From the NCBI RefSeq assembly GCF_039969275.1, contig NZ_JBDVOC010000003.1, forward strand, positions 31,434-95,433: a stretch of DNA of 64,000 nt. Direction: 5' to 3'. This document shows positions 28,370-38,844 of the stretch, piece by piece (position 1 is the first letter of the stretch; each line of letters begins with the position of its first letter). The notes beneath the pieces were generated by a model. That model worked only from the letters and a program-made list of their open reading frames with translations. It made no database searches and had not been told where the DNA came from. The position numbers and the translations under genes are program-made. Source of the stretch: Eudoraea sp. GTDB taxonomy: Bacteria; Bacteroidota; Bacteroidia; Flavobacteriales; Flavobacteriaceae.

Positions 28370-30055
28370 ATGTTGAATAAAATCCTGTTTCTAGGTTTGG
28401 TTTTGACTCTGTTTTCGGTGAAATCTCAGGAGCCGGAATTACCTTATGACTTCAGGCAGCATAACCTTACTGAATTTAATAGTAGTTTATTAAGTCCGGT
28501 GTTTTTGTTGGATAGAAATAATCCACAATCTGTGGCATTATGGACCAGATGGCAATGGCAGACCCTGGATGGTAACCCTACAACCTTATTTTTAAACTAT
28601 TCTCGCAAGTTAAACGAGCAATCTGGAATTGGAGGTGGATTCATTCAGCACAATACAGGCGTTTTTGTAAATCGAGGGGGACTGTTAAATTATGCTTATA
28701 ACTTTGAGTTGAATACCACAACCCAATTAACACTGGGTGTCAATGTCATTGGTTTCCAACGAAAACTGGCCGAGGAGTTTATTATGGATCCAGGTTTACC
28801 AATATTTGAAGAAAAAAGCAACTTTATTCTTCAAATTGCACCCGCCGTTAAACTTCAGTTGAATGCCTTTAGTTTTGGAATCGCTATGGAAAATTTGATG
28901 GATCGAAACCTTACGACCAATGAAGGCAATGCAAGTGCTTCAGGTTTAATTTATATGGGCCTGGCAAGTTATGATTTCCCAATAACTATTTTTGGTGATT
29001 CTTCCACCTCTTATATAAGACCAACTCTTTACTATAAGCGTTTACCCGATTTTGACAATCAAATAGGATTTAGCACATTTTTTTCTACGCCAAAATTCTG
29101 GGCCCAACTTGGATATAATAATTTTTACGGTATTTCTACAGGAATAGGGGGGCGCTTCTTTAAAAAACTGTCTCTTGGTGCTTTGGTTGAATTTGGTACC
29201 AGTGAAGATGTAAAAGCTGAGGATCCCAGTTTTGAAATTGTAACTGCCTTTAGTTTTGGGGAGCAAGTCTTTGAAATTGAGGAGGAAGATATTTTGGATA
29301 CAGAGCAGCAACAGATAAACGAAGAATTAGCATTGTTGGAAGCCCAAAGAAAGCAAGATTCTATTGCGGCCGTCAAGGCAGCAGATTTATTAGCACTGGA
29401 AGAACTGCAGAATCAGAAACGTAAGGATTCAATTGCAACTGTAAACGAACAAATTGAATTGGCAAAAGCCGGAGAACAGGCAGAAAAGAAAAGAATGGAC
29501 TCAATAGCAGTTGTAAATCAACAAATTGAATTGGCAAAGGCTCAAGAACAGGTTGAAAAGAAAAGAAAGGACTCCATCAGAATAGCTAAAGAGGCCGCCG
29601 CAATTGCTGTTATAAAAGCGCAACAGGAGAAAAGGAGGGCAGACTCGTTGAATGCCGTCAAACAGGCTGAGGAATTGGCAGAGGTTATGAAACTCAAGGA
29701 AAAGAAAGAACAAGATTCTATTAATAAGGCACTTGAAAGAGAAAAAGCTGCAGAAGAAGTAATAGTATTGAAAAAAGGTGAAGTATACGAGGAAGTAGAG
29801 TCTGAGGAGGGCTTAGAACCCGGCTATTATTTAATAGCTAATGTCTTTGGCACTAAAAAATACTTCGAAGCTTTTGTCAAGAAGTTGTCTGACGAAGGGT
29901 TGCAACCTAAATCATTCTACAGGGCGAAGAATAAATATAACTACGTGTATTTAAAAAGGTATGATTCAATGGAAGAAGCAAGAAAAGCCAGGGATTCTAA
30001 ATATGGTGGGCGTTATACTGGTAAAACCTGGATTTATAGAGTTAAAGGTAAGTAA
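28370..30055 (+). CDS. PorP/SprF-family T9SS-associated outer membrane protein fused to a coiled-coil repeat linker and a C-terminal SPOR-like domain
   Basis: 561 aa with a signal peptide. The N-terminal ~300 aa resemble the PorP/SprF beta-barrel (YDFRQHNL..NPS, WRWQW). Residues ~330-470 are 24-aa DSI-x-coiled-coil repeats. The tail GYYLIANVFGTKKYFEAFVKKL..YNYVYLKRYDSMEEARKA resembles a SPOR fold. Confidence 0.75.
   Translation: MLNKILFLGLVLTLFSVKSQEPELPYDFRQHNLTEFNSSLLSPVFLLDRNNPQSVALWTRWQWQTLDGNPTTLFLNYSRKLNEQSGIGGGFIQHNTGVFVNRGGLLNYAYNFELNTTTQLTLGVNVIGFQRKLAEEFIMDPGLPIFEEKSNFILQIAPAVKLQLNAFSFGIAMENLMDRNLTTNEGNASASGLIYMGLASYDFPITIFGDSSTSYIRPTLYYKRLPDFDNQIGFSTFFSTPKFWAQLGYNNFYGISTGIGGRFFKKLSLGALVEFGTSEDVKAEDPSFEIVTAFSFGEQVFEIEEEDILDTEQQQINEELALLEAQRKQDSIAAVKAADLLALEELQNQKRKDSIATVNEQIELAKAGEQAEKKRMDSIAVVNQQIELAKAQEQVEKKRKDSIRIAKEAAAIAVIKAQQEKRRADSLNAVKQAEELAEVMKLKEKKEQDSINKALEREKAAEEVIVLKKGEVYEEVESEEGLEPGYYLIANVFGTKKYFEAFVKKLSDEGLQPKSFYRAKNKYNYVYLKRYDSMEEARKARDSKYGGRYTGKTWIYRVKGK
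29357..29785 (+). repeat. In-frame tandem repeats (period 72 nt / 24 aa) inside the PorP/SprF-SPOR gene
   Basis: Units start at 29357, 29426, 29498, 29570, 29642 and 29714. Units 29426-29497 and 29498-29569 are nearly identical (DSIATVNEQIELAKAGEQAEKKRM / DSIAVVNQQIELAKAQEQVEKKRK). The others are degenerate. Confidence 0.85.
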
Positions 30056-30059
30056 ATAA

Positions 30060-30656
30060 CTATTTTTTGATTTCTTTTTTAACTAGAACATCAAGGTACG
30101 CAATTGTATTAATAAGATATTTTCTGTCACCAGTAATTGTTGCCATAGCTATAGCTCCTTGAATCATAGTGTATAATTGTTTTGCAAATTGTAAAGGCGT
30201 AACAGGTAGTTTCAACTCATTATTCTTTACTCCATTTTCCAGAATCAAGGCAATTTTCCCTTCAATAGTGCGTATTGTTTCATTGGCTGCTGCCTTTAGA
30301 GGCGCATTATTATATTTGGCATCTACTCCTACATTTAAAACGGGACAACCTCCCATACTTGCTGTGAAAGTCTCATAATTGCGATAAAAATCGGTAAGGC
30401 AAAATAATTTTTCCAGAGCTGTACCTTCGGTATTCAACTTGTCATCAATTGCCTTAAGCAGTCGTGTGCTGTTATATTCAAAAGCGGCAAGGGCAAGGGC
30501 CTCTTTATTTTCAAAATTACCGTATAACGCTCCCTTTGTGAGACCTGTTGCTTCAGTAAGGTCGTTCATACTGGTTCCCACATAGCCGTGCTTATTGAAG
30601 ATAGGGGCTACGGTTTCAATAATGTATGCAGTGGTTCTCTCAGCTTTGGTAGGCAT
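30060..30656 (-). CDS. TetR/AcrR-family transcriptional regulator
   Basis: 198 aa with an N-terminal HTH (F..GY.GTSMNDLTEATGLTKGALYGNF). Confidence 0.88.
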   Translation of the reverse strand: MPTKAERTTAYIIETVAPIFNKHGYVGTSMNDLTEATGLTKGALYGNFENKEALALAAFEYNSTRLLKAIDDKLNTEGTALEKLFCLTDFYRNYETFTASMGGCPVLNVGVDAKYNNAPLKAAANETIRTIEGKIALILENGVKNNELKLPVTPLQFAKQLYTMIQGAIAMATITGDRKYLINTIAYLDVLVKKEIKK

Positions 30657-30715
30657 AGATCTTCAATTTTATACGAAGATAAAAAATCTATATACTGTAT
30701 GGTATTTTAATTCAT

Positions 30716-30760
30716 AAAAAAAATGTACCCTTTGACGATGTAAATCGGAAGGGTACATTT
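30716..30760 (-). terminator. Rho-independent terminator after clpB
   Basis: 10-bp stem (atgtaccctt / aagggtacat) with a 16-nt loop. The minus-strand transcript is followed by a 7-U tract (A run 30716-30722). Confidence 0.7.
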
Positions 30761-30777
30761 TTCAATTATTATCTTGA

Positions 30778-33378
30778 TTAATTGACTAACTCATTTTGAT
30801 TTCTAAACACCAAACCGTCATCAAAAGAATCTATTAGTACAATACTATCCGCCTTAACTTTACCCCCGAGTAATTCTTTTGAGAGGTTGTTTAACACCTC
30901 TTTCTGGATTACTCTTTTTATAGGCCTGGCCCCATATTGAGGGTCATAACCACGTTGGGAGAGGTAGGCAATGGCTTCATCAGTTGCATCAATAGTGATA
31001 TGTTGTTTTTCAAGCATTTTTTTGAGTTGCTCCAATTGTAGTTTAACAATCTGCGTAATATCCTCCTTATTAAGGGGAGTAAACATGATAATATCATCTA
31101 TTCTGTTAAGGAATTCAGGGCGAATGGTTTTTCTAAGAAGCCCCATAACCTCAATTCGGGCAGATTCCATGGCCGAATAAATATTATCTAAGGCCTCAAA
31201 TTTCTCCTGAATGATATGGCTGCCCATATTGCTGGTCATTATGATAATAGCATTTTTGAAATCAGCAACTCTTCCTTTGTTATCTGTAAGCCTTCCTTCA
31301 TCGAGTACTTGTAATAGGACATTAAATGTATCCGGATGTGCTTTTTCTATCTCGTCTAAAAGTATTACAGAATAAGGTTTGCGGCGCACAGCTTCGGTGA
31401 GTTGACCACCTTCATCATAACCAATGTAACCCGGAGGTGCCCCTACCAATCGGCTTACCGAGTGACGCTCCTGATATTCGCTCATATCTATTCGGGTAAG
31501 AGCATTTTCATCATCAAACAGATAAGCTGCTAAGGTTTTAGCCAGTTCGGTTTTTCCTACACCCGTGGTACCTAGGAATAAGAATGAGCCGATGGGTCGT
31601 TTAGCATCCTGCAAACCTGCTCTGCTTCTCCTGATAGCATCTGATACAGCCTGAATAGCCTCATCCTGCCCGACAACACGTTTGTGCAATACATCTTCCA
31701 GATTCAAAAGCTTTTCACGTTCGCTTTGTAACATCTTAGTCACCGGAATACCTGTCCATTTTGCAACAACTTCAGCAATATCTTCGGTAGTTACTTCTTC
31801 TTTGATAAGGGTTCCTTTTTTCTGCTCATCGCTAAGATCCTTTTGAAGTGATTCTAATTTCGCATGGGCTTCCTTTATTTTTCCATAGCGCAATTCAGCC
31901 ACTTTACCATAATCTCCATTTCGCTCTGCTCTTTCAGCCTCCTGTTTGAAATTTTCAATATCCAGTTTTGTTTTTTGAATATTCTCTATTACCGTTTTTT
32001 CGCTTTCCCACTTAGCAAAAATCTCATTTCTTTCTTCCTTGAGATTAGCAAGCTCTACATTAAGTAATTTAAGTTTAGCTTTATCATCTTCTCTTTTGAT
32101 AGCTTCAATTTCTATTTCCAATTGCATGATCTTTCTGTCCAGTACATCCAATTCTTCTGGTTTGGAATTTATCTCCATTCGCAGCTTAGCCGCGGCTTCA
32201 TCCATTAAGTCGATGGCTTTATCGGGCAAAAATCTATTGGTAATGTATCGTTGTGATAATTCTACCGCCGAAATAACAGCTTCGTCCATAATTCTTACTT
32301 TATGGTGTGCCTCATATTTTTCTTTAATCCCACGTAAAATTGAAATGGCACTTTCCGTATCAGGTTCGTTTACTATAACTTTTTGAAACCTGCGCTCCAG
32401 TGCTTTATCTTTTTCGAAGTATTTTTGATATTCATCCAAAGTTGTGGCACCAATAGCGCGTAAATCTCCTCTTGCCAAAGCAGGTTTTAGAATATTTGCC
32501 GCATCCATTGCTCCTTGTCCGCCACCGGCACCAACAAGGGTGTGTATTTCATCAATAAAGAGCACAATATTACCATCTGAGCTGGTAACCTCTTTAATAA
32601 CTGCTTTTAGTCGTTCCTCAAATTCTCCTTTGTATTTTGCACCTGCTATAAGCGCGCCCATATCGAGGGAATAAATAACTTTATCTATTAAATTTTCTGG
32701 GATATCTCCTTGAACAATTCTATGTGCAAGTCCTTCGGCTATTGCAGTTTTACCGGTACCTGGTTCTCCAACCAACATAGGGTTATTCTTGGTCCTTCTT
32801 GAAAGAATTTGAAGTATTCTTCTTATTTCCTCATCCCGGCCAATAACAGGATCAAGTTTACCTTTATCGGCGAGATCATTCAGGTTTCTTGCATACTTAT
32901 TCAATGAATTATAAGTTTCTTCTGCACTTTGAGAAGTAACTTTACCTCCTTTTCGTAATTCTTCTATCGCAGCCAAAAGGCCTTTTTCCTGAATACCTTG
33001 ATCTTTTAATATTCTTGAAATTTTACTTTTAGATTTAAAAAGAGCTACTATTAGATGTTCTATGGAAACATATTCATCCTCCATTTTTCTCGCAATAACG
33101 GTAGCTTCATTCAATGTTTTACCTGCTTCTTTAGAAAACAAGATTTCTGCTCCAGACACTTTAGGTAAGCTTTCCAGGTCTTTCTCAAGTATTTGGTTTA
33201 CAAGAGATATATTGACATTTAATTTTTTTAAGATAAAAGGGAGCACATTCTCATCAATCTCCGCGATTGCCTTATAAATATGTTCATTTTCAATTTGCGG
33301 ATTCTCCATACCCTGCGCAATTATTTGTGCATGTTGTATGGCCTCCTGGGATTTTATAGTAAAATTATTAATGTTCAT
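30778..33378 (-). CDS. clpB: ATP-dependent chaperone ClpB
   Basis: 866 aa. Two AAA+ modules ([16 protein letters not shown]) separated by the long coiled-coil M-domain. Confidence 0.95.
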   Translation of the reverse strand: MNINNFTIKSQEAIQHAQIIAQGMENPQIENEHIYKAIAEIDENVLPFILKKLNVNISLVNQILEKDLESLPKVSGAEILFSKEAGKTLNEATVIARKMEDEYVSIEHLIVALFKSKSKISRILKDQGIQEKGLLAAIEELRKGGKVTSQSAEETYNSLNKYARNLNDLADKGKLDPVIGRDEEIRRILQILSRRTKNNPMLVGEPGTGKTAIAEGLAHRIVQGDIPENLIDKVIYSLDMGALIAGAKYKGEFEERLKAVIKEVTSSDGNIVLFIDEIHTLVGAGGGQGAMDAANILKPALARGDLRAIGATTLDEYQKYFEKDKALERRFQKVIVNEPDTESAISILRGIKEKYEAHHKVRIMDEAVISAVELSQRYITNRFLPDKAIDLMDEAAAKLRMEINSKPEELDVLDRKIMQLEIEIEAIKREDDKAKLKLLNVELANLKEERNEIFAKWESEKTVIENIQKTKLDIENFKQEAERAERNGDYGKVAELRYGKIKEAHAKLESLQKDLSDEQKKGTLIKEEVTTEDIAEVVAKWTGIPVTKMLQSEREKLLNLEDVLHKRVVGQDEAIQAVSDAIRRSRAGLQDAKRPIGSFLFLGTTGVGKTELAKTLAAYLFDDENALTRIDMSEYQERHSVSRLVGAPPGYIGYDEGGQLTEAVRRKPYSVILLDEIEKAHPDTFNVLLQVLDEGRLTDNKGRVADFKNAIIIMTSNMGSHIIQEKFEALDNIYSAMESARIEVMGLLRKTIRPEFLNRIDDIIMFTPLNKEDITQIVKLQLEQLKKMLEKQHITIDATDEAIAYLSQRGYDPQYGARPIKRVIQKEVLNNLSKELLGGKVKADSIVLIDSFDDGLVFRNQNELVN

Positions 33379-33544
33379 TGTATATATGTTTTCGCGTTAA
33401 TGTTTAATTTTGAATTATATAAGACAACAATCTTACCATGGAGAATAAACAGACAAAATGTCGGAAAAATCACTTTATTGCAAGACATTTCGACAGGTTG
33501 TATGTTAATAATAAAAAATCGAATAATAAGCTTTAAAGGGAAAA

Positions 33545-33940
33545 ATGGGAATATTTAATAACTTATTTAGTAGTAAAAACACAAATTCTGAAGAACAGAA
33601 GAATCAATTGAAATGGATACCATTGACATCTGTGGATCAGCTCAATGAGATTGAACAAAACTCTTCCAAAAGACCTCAGATTATATTTAAGCACTCCACA
33701 ACGTGTGGTATCAGCAGTATGGTACTCAGATCTTTCAGGAATTCATATTTCCTTGAGGAAAATCAGGCTGATTTGTATTTTTTAGATTTGCACAGATACA
33801 GGGAAATTTCCAATGAAGTTGCAAATAAATTTCAGGTATACCACCAATCACCACAAGTGTTGATAATAAAAAATGGTATTGCAGTAGCTGATGAATCTCA
33901 TGGGGGAATTACATCACTCAATTTATCAAGCTATATATAA
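33545..33940 (+). CDS. ytxJ: YtxJ-like monothiol thioredoxin-fold protein (DUF2847 / bacillithiol-system family)
   Basis: 131 aa. IIFKHSTTCGIS single-Cys motif and QSPQVLIIKNG. Confidence 0.7.
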   Translation: MGIFNNLFSSKNTNSEEQKNQLKWIPLTSVDQLNEIEQNSSKRPQIIFKHSTTCGISSMVLRSFRNSYFLEENQADLYFLDLHRYREISNEVANKFQVYHQSPQVLIIKNGIAVADESHGGITSLNLSSYI

Positions 33941-33971
33941 AAAAACCCCGAAATTTCGGGGTTCTGTTTTT
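33939..33971. terminator. Bidirectional terminator between ytxJ and the convergent lipoprotein gene
   Basis: Palindrome aaccccgaaatttcggggtt flanked by an A run upstream and a T run downstream. Confidence 0.8.
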
Positions 33972-35157
33972 AATTAAACTTGTGCCTCACGACGATGTCC
34001 TTCAATCTTGATTTTAAATCTTCACCCGCGTCGTAAACCATTTGCTCATTGGAAGGAAATGGCACGGCAACCCTGGTTAAAAGTGGAACAAGATCATTGT
34101 CTAGTGCTCTTTTATCACCGTTGTAATTTGCATAAACATGCTCAAATACAAATTCGCTACTAATAGGGTATGAATTGAGTTGCTGCTTCTTTTGTAAATC
34201 TATATAGCTAACATTACCAGTAACTTGTGCTGATTTAAGCTGGGTAAACTGATAGAAATTACAACTTACCGTCCTGAATCTGTCAACCTTTATTTCATTA
34301 CCAAGACTGTCTTTTACTACTCGACCATCTGCATCAACAAGTACTTCAACCCCATCTTTAATCTGCTTTTCCTTAATAATCTGCTTTTCCTGGATTTGTT
34401 CAGGAGAGATGTTAATAGCTCTGAAGGCTACCTCCATTTCATAATCATAGTTGACTTCAGCTAATGGATTGGTATGATACTGTGTCCATTGGTCGTTTAA
34501 GCCGTAAGTGTTAAAATTCAATAATTCTTCTTCCAGACGCTCAGGTACTATTTGCTCTGTATCATTAACCATGTTTACTTTAACATAGTCTAACCCTTTG
34601 ATATAGGCTTCGTCCATTTTTGCCCTGCTATCAGCAAATCCCGGACTTAATTCATTAAGATATTCAAAATCCCTATAGGCATTTCTATAGTCCTCCTTGT
34701 AACTCGCATTCTGTAACAGCTCTGAAGCGTTGTTATACAAATAGTCAGATAAATTATCTTTTGCTACAAGTATCTCATTATCGTAATTGGTAAAAGAAAA
34801 CCTGGCATTCCTGTCTTCCTCATATACCTGCAAGGGTAAAAGTGGTTTTATTCGTTCCTGAATATTTTTCAGGCGGCTGTACCCATTAAATATTGCGTCG
34901 TAATTGGCAGGGTTGCCTTCTTTCTTTAAAAATGCAATATTTTCTAATTCCCTTTGTGTATATTTTTTGAAGGCTTCTTCAAGAAGTAACACATAGGGTT
35001 GGTTGCCTTTTTTAGTTTTATTATCGGCCAGATTTCTTATTGCCTTATTTATGGCAGCGGAATAATTACCCGTATTTAAGGCCTCCTGGGTTTTTTTAAC
35101 ACCTCCACATGCCATTAAAAGAACCAAAATTGTCGTAAAGAGTATCGTTTTTTTCAT
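33970..35157 (-). CDS. Hypothetical lipoprotein
   Basis: Start taken at MKKTILFTTILVLLMACGG (ATG 35157). Lipobox LMAC. No domain recognised. Confidence 0.65.
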   Translation of the reverse strand: MKKTILFTTILVLLMACGGVKKTQEALNTGNYSAAINKAIRNLADNKTKKGNQPYVLLLEEAFKKYTQRELENIAFLKKEGNPANYDAIFNGYSRLKNIQERIKPLLPLQVYEEDRNARFSFTNYDNEILVAKDNLSDYLYNNASELLQNASYKEDYRNAYRDFEYLNELSPGFADSRAKMDEAYIKGLDYVKVNMVNDTEQIVPERLEEELLNFNTYGLNDQWTQYHTNPLAEVNYDYEMEVAFRAINISPEQIQEKQIIKEKQIKDGVEVLVDADGRVVKDSLGNEIKVDRFRTVSCNFYQFTQLKSAQVTGNVSYIDLQKKQQLNSYPISSEFVFEHVYANYNGDKRALDNDLVPLLTRVAVPFPSNEQMVYDAGEDLKSRLKDIVVRHKFN

Positions 35158-35280
35158 GATAAAATATTTAAGCGTTTTAACAGCAGTTTTCAATAGCTGT
35201 GCCAAAACACATATACTTCATAACGAAAAACGATAATGTATCGTATAAATTCGGTAAAATGATCTTTTAGTTCACTGGAT

Positions 35281-36567
35281 TTAAGGATTATCTTTTAGTG
35301 GAGGAAGCAATTTTGTCTCAACCTTACCAAACCCGATGCGCACACCATCTTTTTCACAAAATCCTTTTAAAGTTACAGTGTCGAAATCTTGAATTGACGT
35401 CCTTTTTTCACCATTCTGAAGGTTAACAGGCTTTGTTCCCTGCCACGCCAATTCTAGCATTGAGCCATAAGAATCAGGGGTTGTACCAGAAATTGTACCA
35501 CTACCCATAAGATCGCCACTAAGTACCTTACAACCATTTGAGGTATGATGCGATAACTGTTGCGACATTGTCCAGTACATGTACTTAAAGTTCGATTTGG
35601 CAATCATCGAAGGATCTCCTCCCTCTGGGGCTATTGAAACTTCTAAATGAATATCATAGCTATTTTTTCCTTCTTTTTGAAGATATGGGAGGGGTTTGGG
35701 ATCCTGTTTTGGACTTTCAACCCTAAAGGGTTCTAGAGCTTCTAGTGTAACGATCCAAGGAGAAATAGAAGAGGCAAAATTCTTTGCCATAAAAGGCCCA
35801 AGGGGTACATACTCCCATTTTTGGATATCCCTGGCACTCCAGTCGTTAAGTAAAACGAGTCCAAAAATATATTTTTCAGCCTCGTCTATGGGTATAGATT
35901 CCCCTAATTTATTCGCATCTGTTGTTATAAAGGCCATTTCCAATTCAAAGTCAACCATTTTAGAAGGTCCAAACTCTGGTTTGTCGGCCCCTTTGGGTAA
36001 TGTCTGACCCATAGGTCTTCTAATATTCTTTCCACTGGGAATTATGGTGGAGCTTCTCCCGTGATAACCAATTGGGATATGCAACCAATTTGGTAACAAG
36101 GCATTTTCCGGATCGCGGAACATACTACCTATATTAGTCGCATGCTCTTTACTCGAATAAAAATCAGTATAATCTCCAATTTGCACAGGCAGTTGCATTT
36201 CTATCTCATCCAAGGTGAATAAAACAATCGTGCGGTGTTCCTGGTTTTCTTTTAGTATTGTACTGTTAATGTCGAAAATTTCACTAATCCTATTTCGCAC
36301 TAAACGCCAGGTTTTACGACCATCTGAAATAAAATCGTTTAATGTGTCCTGAAGGAAAATATCATCAGTAAGTGGAATTCCATTAAAATAACCCAGTTGA
36401 TGCAGTGCTCCAAGATCAATAGCATGATCCCCTATTCTTGTACCAATTGTAATGACATCATCCCGTGTCAGGAAAACACCAAAAGGAATATTCTGTATTG
36501 GAAAATCAGAATTAGGGGCCACGGGTAGCCAGGTTTTTTTGGATGGATCATTCGTTTTTGAAGACAT
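35281..36567 (-). CDS. fahA: Fumarylacetoacetase
   Basis: 428 aa. N-terminal FAH domain (FPIQNIPFGVF) and C-terminal FAA-hydrolase core (LNDWSARDIQ.WEY.PLGPF). Confidence 0.9.
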   Translation of the reverse strand: MSSKTNDPSKKTWLPVAPNSDFPIQNIPFGVFLTRDDVITIGTRIGDHAIDLGALHQLGYFNGIPLTDDIFLQDTLNDFISDGRKTWRLVRNRISEIFDINSTILKENQEHRTIVLFTLDEIEMQLPVQIGDYTDFYSSKEHATNIGSMFRDPENALLPNWLHIPIGYHGRSSTIIPSGKNIRRPMGQTLPKGADKPEFGPSKMVDFELEMAFITTDANKLGESIPIDEAEKYIFGLVLLNDWSARDIQKWEYVPLGPFMAKNFASSISPWIVTLEALEPFRVESPKQDPKPLPYLQKEGKNSYDIHLEVSIAPEGGDPSMIAKSNFKYMYWTMSQQLSHHTSNGCKVLSGDLMGSGTISGTTPDSYGSMLELAWQGTKPVNLQNGEKRTSIQDFDTVTLKGFCEKDGVRIGFGKVETKLLPPLKDNP

Positions 36568-36679
36568 GATATAATTGTTAATTTTTGTTTGATAAATTCC
36601 TAATCAAATATATTATTTTCTTCTTATTAACGTCTATCAATTTGTACTTTTACGCCTCAAATAATATAAGGATAACTTT

Positions 36680-37960
36680 ATGCAACGCGACCATCAAATA
36701 TTTAACTTAATTGACGAGGAAAAAGAACGGCAATTAAATGGGATAGAACTTATTGCTTCCGAAAATTTCACAAGTCCCCAGGTAATGGAAGCTGCGGGAT
36801 CCGTTCTTACCAACAAATACGCTGAAGGATATCCAGGCAAGCGCTATTACGGCGGATGTGAAGTAGTTGATAAGGTTGAACAACTTGCAATAGACAGAGC
36901 AAAAGAATTGTTTGGGGCGGAATATGCAAATGTTCAACCGCATTCAGGATCACAGGCTAATGCGGCGGTCTACCAGGCATGTTTAAAACCCGGGGATACA
37001 ATTTTAGGTTTTGATCTTTCACATGGGGGACATCTTACTCATGGTTCTCCTGTTAATTTTTCCGGAAAGCTTTACCGTCCGGTATTTTATGGTGTAGATG
37101 AAGAAACCGGGGTAATAAACTACGATAAAATTGAGGAAATAGCCAAAAAGGAACGCCCTAAGTTGATTATTGCAGGAGCTTCGGCTTATTCCCGGGATAT
37201 GGATTTTAAAAGATTTAGGGAAATTGCTGATGGTGTAGATGCCCTTTTATTGGCAGATATTGCGCATCCTGCTGGTCTAATTGCTAAGGGAATTTTAAAT
37301 GATCCGATACCACACTGTCATTTTGTTACGACAACAACGCACAAAACCCTTAGGGGCCCCAGAGGAGGGTTGATTTTAATGGGGCAGGATTTTGAAAACC
37401 CATTTGGTATTAGACTGAAAAATGGAAATTTAAGAAAAATGTCTGCCTTAATTAATCTAGCCGTTTTTCCGGGAAATCAGGGAGGGCCTTTGGAGCATAT
37501 AATTGCAGCCAAGGCAATAGCATTTGGTGAAGCACTTTCAGATGACTTTTTGCATTATATGCTGCAGGTAAAGAAGAATGCTGAAGCCATGGCTGCGGCT
37601 TTTGTCGCTAAAGATTACAAGATAATTTCTGGAGGTACAGATAATCATATGATGCTTATAGATCTTCGTAATAAAAATATTACTGGAAAGGATGCTGAAA
37701 ACATTCTGGTTAAAGCAGACATTACAGCAAATAAAAATATGGTTCCATTTGATGATAAATCGCCCTTTATAACTTCAGGAATTAGATTTGGAACTGCAGC
37801 TATAACTACCAGAGGTCTTAAAGAGCAGGATATGACGGCAATTGTAGATTTAATTGATGAAGTGATAACTCATCCGGAAGAAGAGGAAGTGGTTGTGAAG
37901 GTAAAAGAAAAAGTAAATAAATTAATGAAAAACCTTCCGTTATTTAATGGTGGACAGTAA
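36680..37960 (+). CDS. glyA: Serine hydroxymethyltransferase
   Basis: 426 aa. [20 protein letters not shown], and [14 protein letters not shown] (PLP lysine). Confidence 0.95.
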   Translation: MQRDHQIFNLIDEEKERQLNGIELIASENFTSPQVMEAAGSVLTNKYAEGYPGKRYYGGCEVVDKVEQLAIDRAKELFGAEYANVQPHSGSQANAAVYQACLKPGDTILGFDLSHGGHLTHGSPVNFSGKLYRPVFYGVDEETGVINYDKIEEIAKKERPKLIIAGASAYSRDMDFKRFREIADGVDALLLADIAHPAGLIAKGILNDPIPHCHFVTTTTHKTLRGPRGGLILMGQDFENPFGIRLKNGNLRKMSALINLAVFPGNQGGPLEHIIAAKAIAFGEALSDDFLHYMLQVKKNAEAMAAAFVAKDYKIISGGTDNHMMLIDLRNKNITGKDAENILVKADITANKNMVPFDDKSPFITSGIRFGTAAITTRGLKEQDMTAIVDLIDEVITHPEEEEVVVKVKEKVNKLMKNLPLFNGGQ

Positions 37961-37970
37961 AAACCGTTTA

Positions 37971-38006
37971 ATGGAAAACCAATAGCCCTATTTATTGATT
38001 TTCCAT
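37971..38006. terminator. Hairpin between convergent glyA and the orphan gene
   Basis: 13-bp stem with one mismatch (atggaaaaccaat / attgattttccat) and a 10-nt loop. The T-rich tail on the plus strand is weak. Confidence 0.5.
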
Positions 38007-38011
38007 TTTAA

Positions 38012-38683
38012 TCAATGATGTAACATAAATAAGTCACCAAAAATGATTGATTTTTTGTTCAGGTCATAGATTACGGCATCTTTTTCAGAATCGAAATAGA
38101 GACCCCAATATTCAAAGTAGTCTTTCTTATTGTTATTTCCGTTTCTAATATTCTTTAGTTTATTGGCATTTTCAAAATGGTCTTCCTCAAAGACTGGAAT
38201 ATATATTTCATAAGGAGTTTCCGTAAGTCTTTTGGTAAAATAGACATAGTGTTTGGCAATAGTATGAAGAATCTTCCCAAATTGCTCTTCAATACTATTT
38301 TCATATATATTCTTAATGATAATTGAGGAATCTCTTAAAAAAATAGACAATTCTTCAATATCAATTCCCCTGTTGTTCAATTTATTCAAAGTTTTCAATG
38401 CCTTTGAAAAAGGGGAACTTTTAAACCAGCTATTCTTTGCGGGGTACGTTTTCCCCCAGGTTCCTTTTTGTAAATGAAAAAGAATTTCAACCAATTTTAG
38501 ATTGCAATCCATTTCAATAACTAAATTTTGCCGTGCGCTATCAGAAGAGCAATTACGTATCGCTACATTGGCAAAATAATCTTTTTCCAAACTCTTTCTA
38601 AATTCGACCAATCCCTCAATTTGTGGGTTGTCGTCTAACTTAAGCCTAAGATTATATCTAAAATTATCCTGTTTGTTCGACAT
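38012..38683 (-). CDS. Hypothetical cytoplasmic protein, no recognisable domain
   Basis: 223-aa ORF with no signal peptide or TM segment. Normal coding composition and its own promoter box upstream. Confidence 0.6.
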   Translation of the reverse strand: MSNKQDNFRYNLRLKLDDNPQIEGLVEFRKSLEKDYFANVAIRNCSSDSARQNLVIEMDCNLKLVEILFHLQKGTWGKTYPAKNSWFKSSPFSKALKTLNKLNNRGIDIEELSIFLRDSSIIIKNIYENSIEEQFGKILHTIAKHYVYFTKRLTETPYEIYIPVFEEDHFENANKLKNIRNGNNNKKDYFEYWGLYFDSEKDAVIYDLNKKSIIFGDLFMLHH

Positions 38684-38711
38684 GCTAACAGAAAAATAAT
38701 TTGGTTTATAT

Positions 38712-38719
38712 CAAAATTA
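38712..38719 (-). promoter_or_regulatory. Bacteroidota -7 box (TAATTTTG on the minus strand) for the orphan gene
   Basis: Plus-strand caaaatta is TAATTTTG on the minus strand, 28 nt upstream of the ATG at 38683. Confidence 0.45.
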
Positions 38720-38844
38720 ATTTTAAATAACAACAGTAGGCTATATAAAAACCATAGAATATATAAGGTTTCACTGCTATTTTGCAATTAAATAGTGGTC
38801 AAATAAAATAAATGGGTTTTCTTTCTTTGAAGAATGGAGAGAAA

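Noticed and set aside
31864-32674. Three plus-strand ORFs (67-115 aa) antisense to clpB, plus 30971-31180, 33062-33277 and 33280-33558
   Set aside because: They lie entirely within, or run out of, a very confident clpB gene. Their Ser/Leu/Ile-rich low-complexity translations are typical of the antisense frame of AT-rich, Glu/Lys-rich genes.
36568-36679. Looked for a riboswitch or conserved structured leader upstream of glyA, and for a shared operator with divergent fahA
   Set aside because: The spacer is only 112 nt and extremely AT-rich. I could trace no ZTP, THF or glycine riboswitch core sequences or stable helices.
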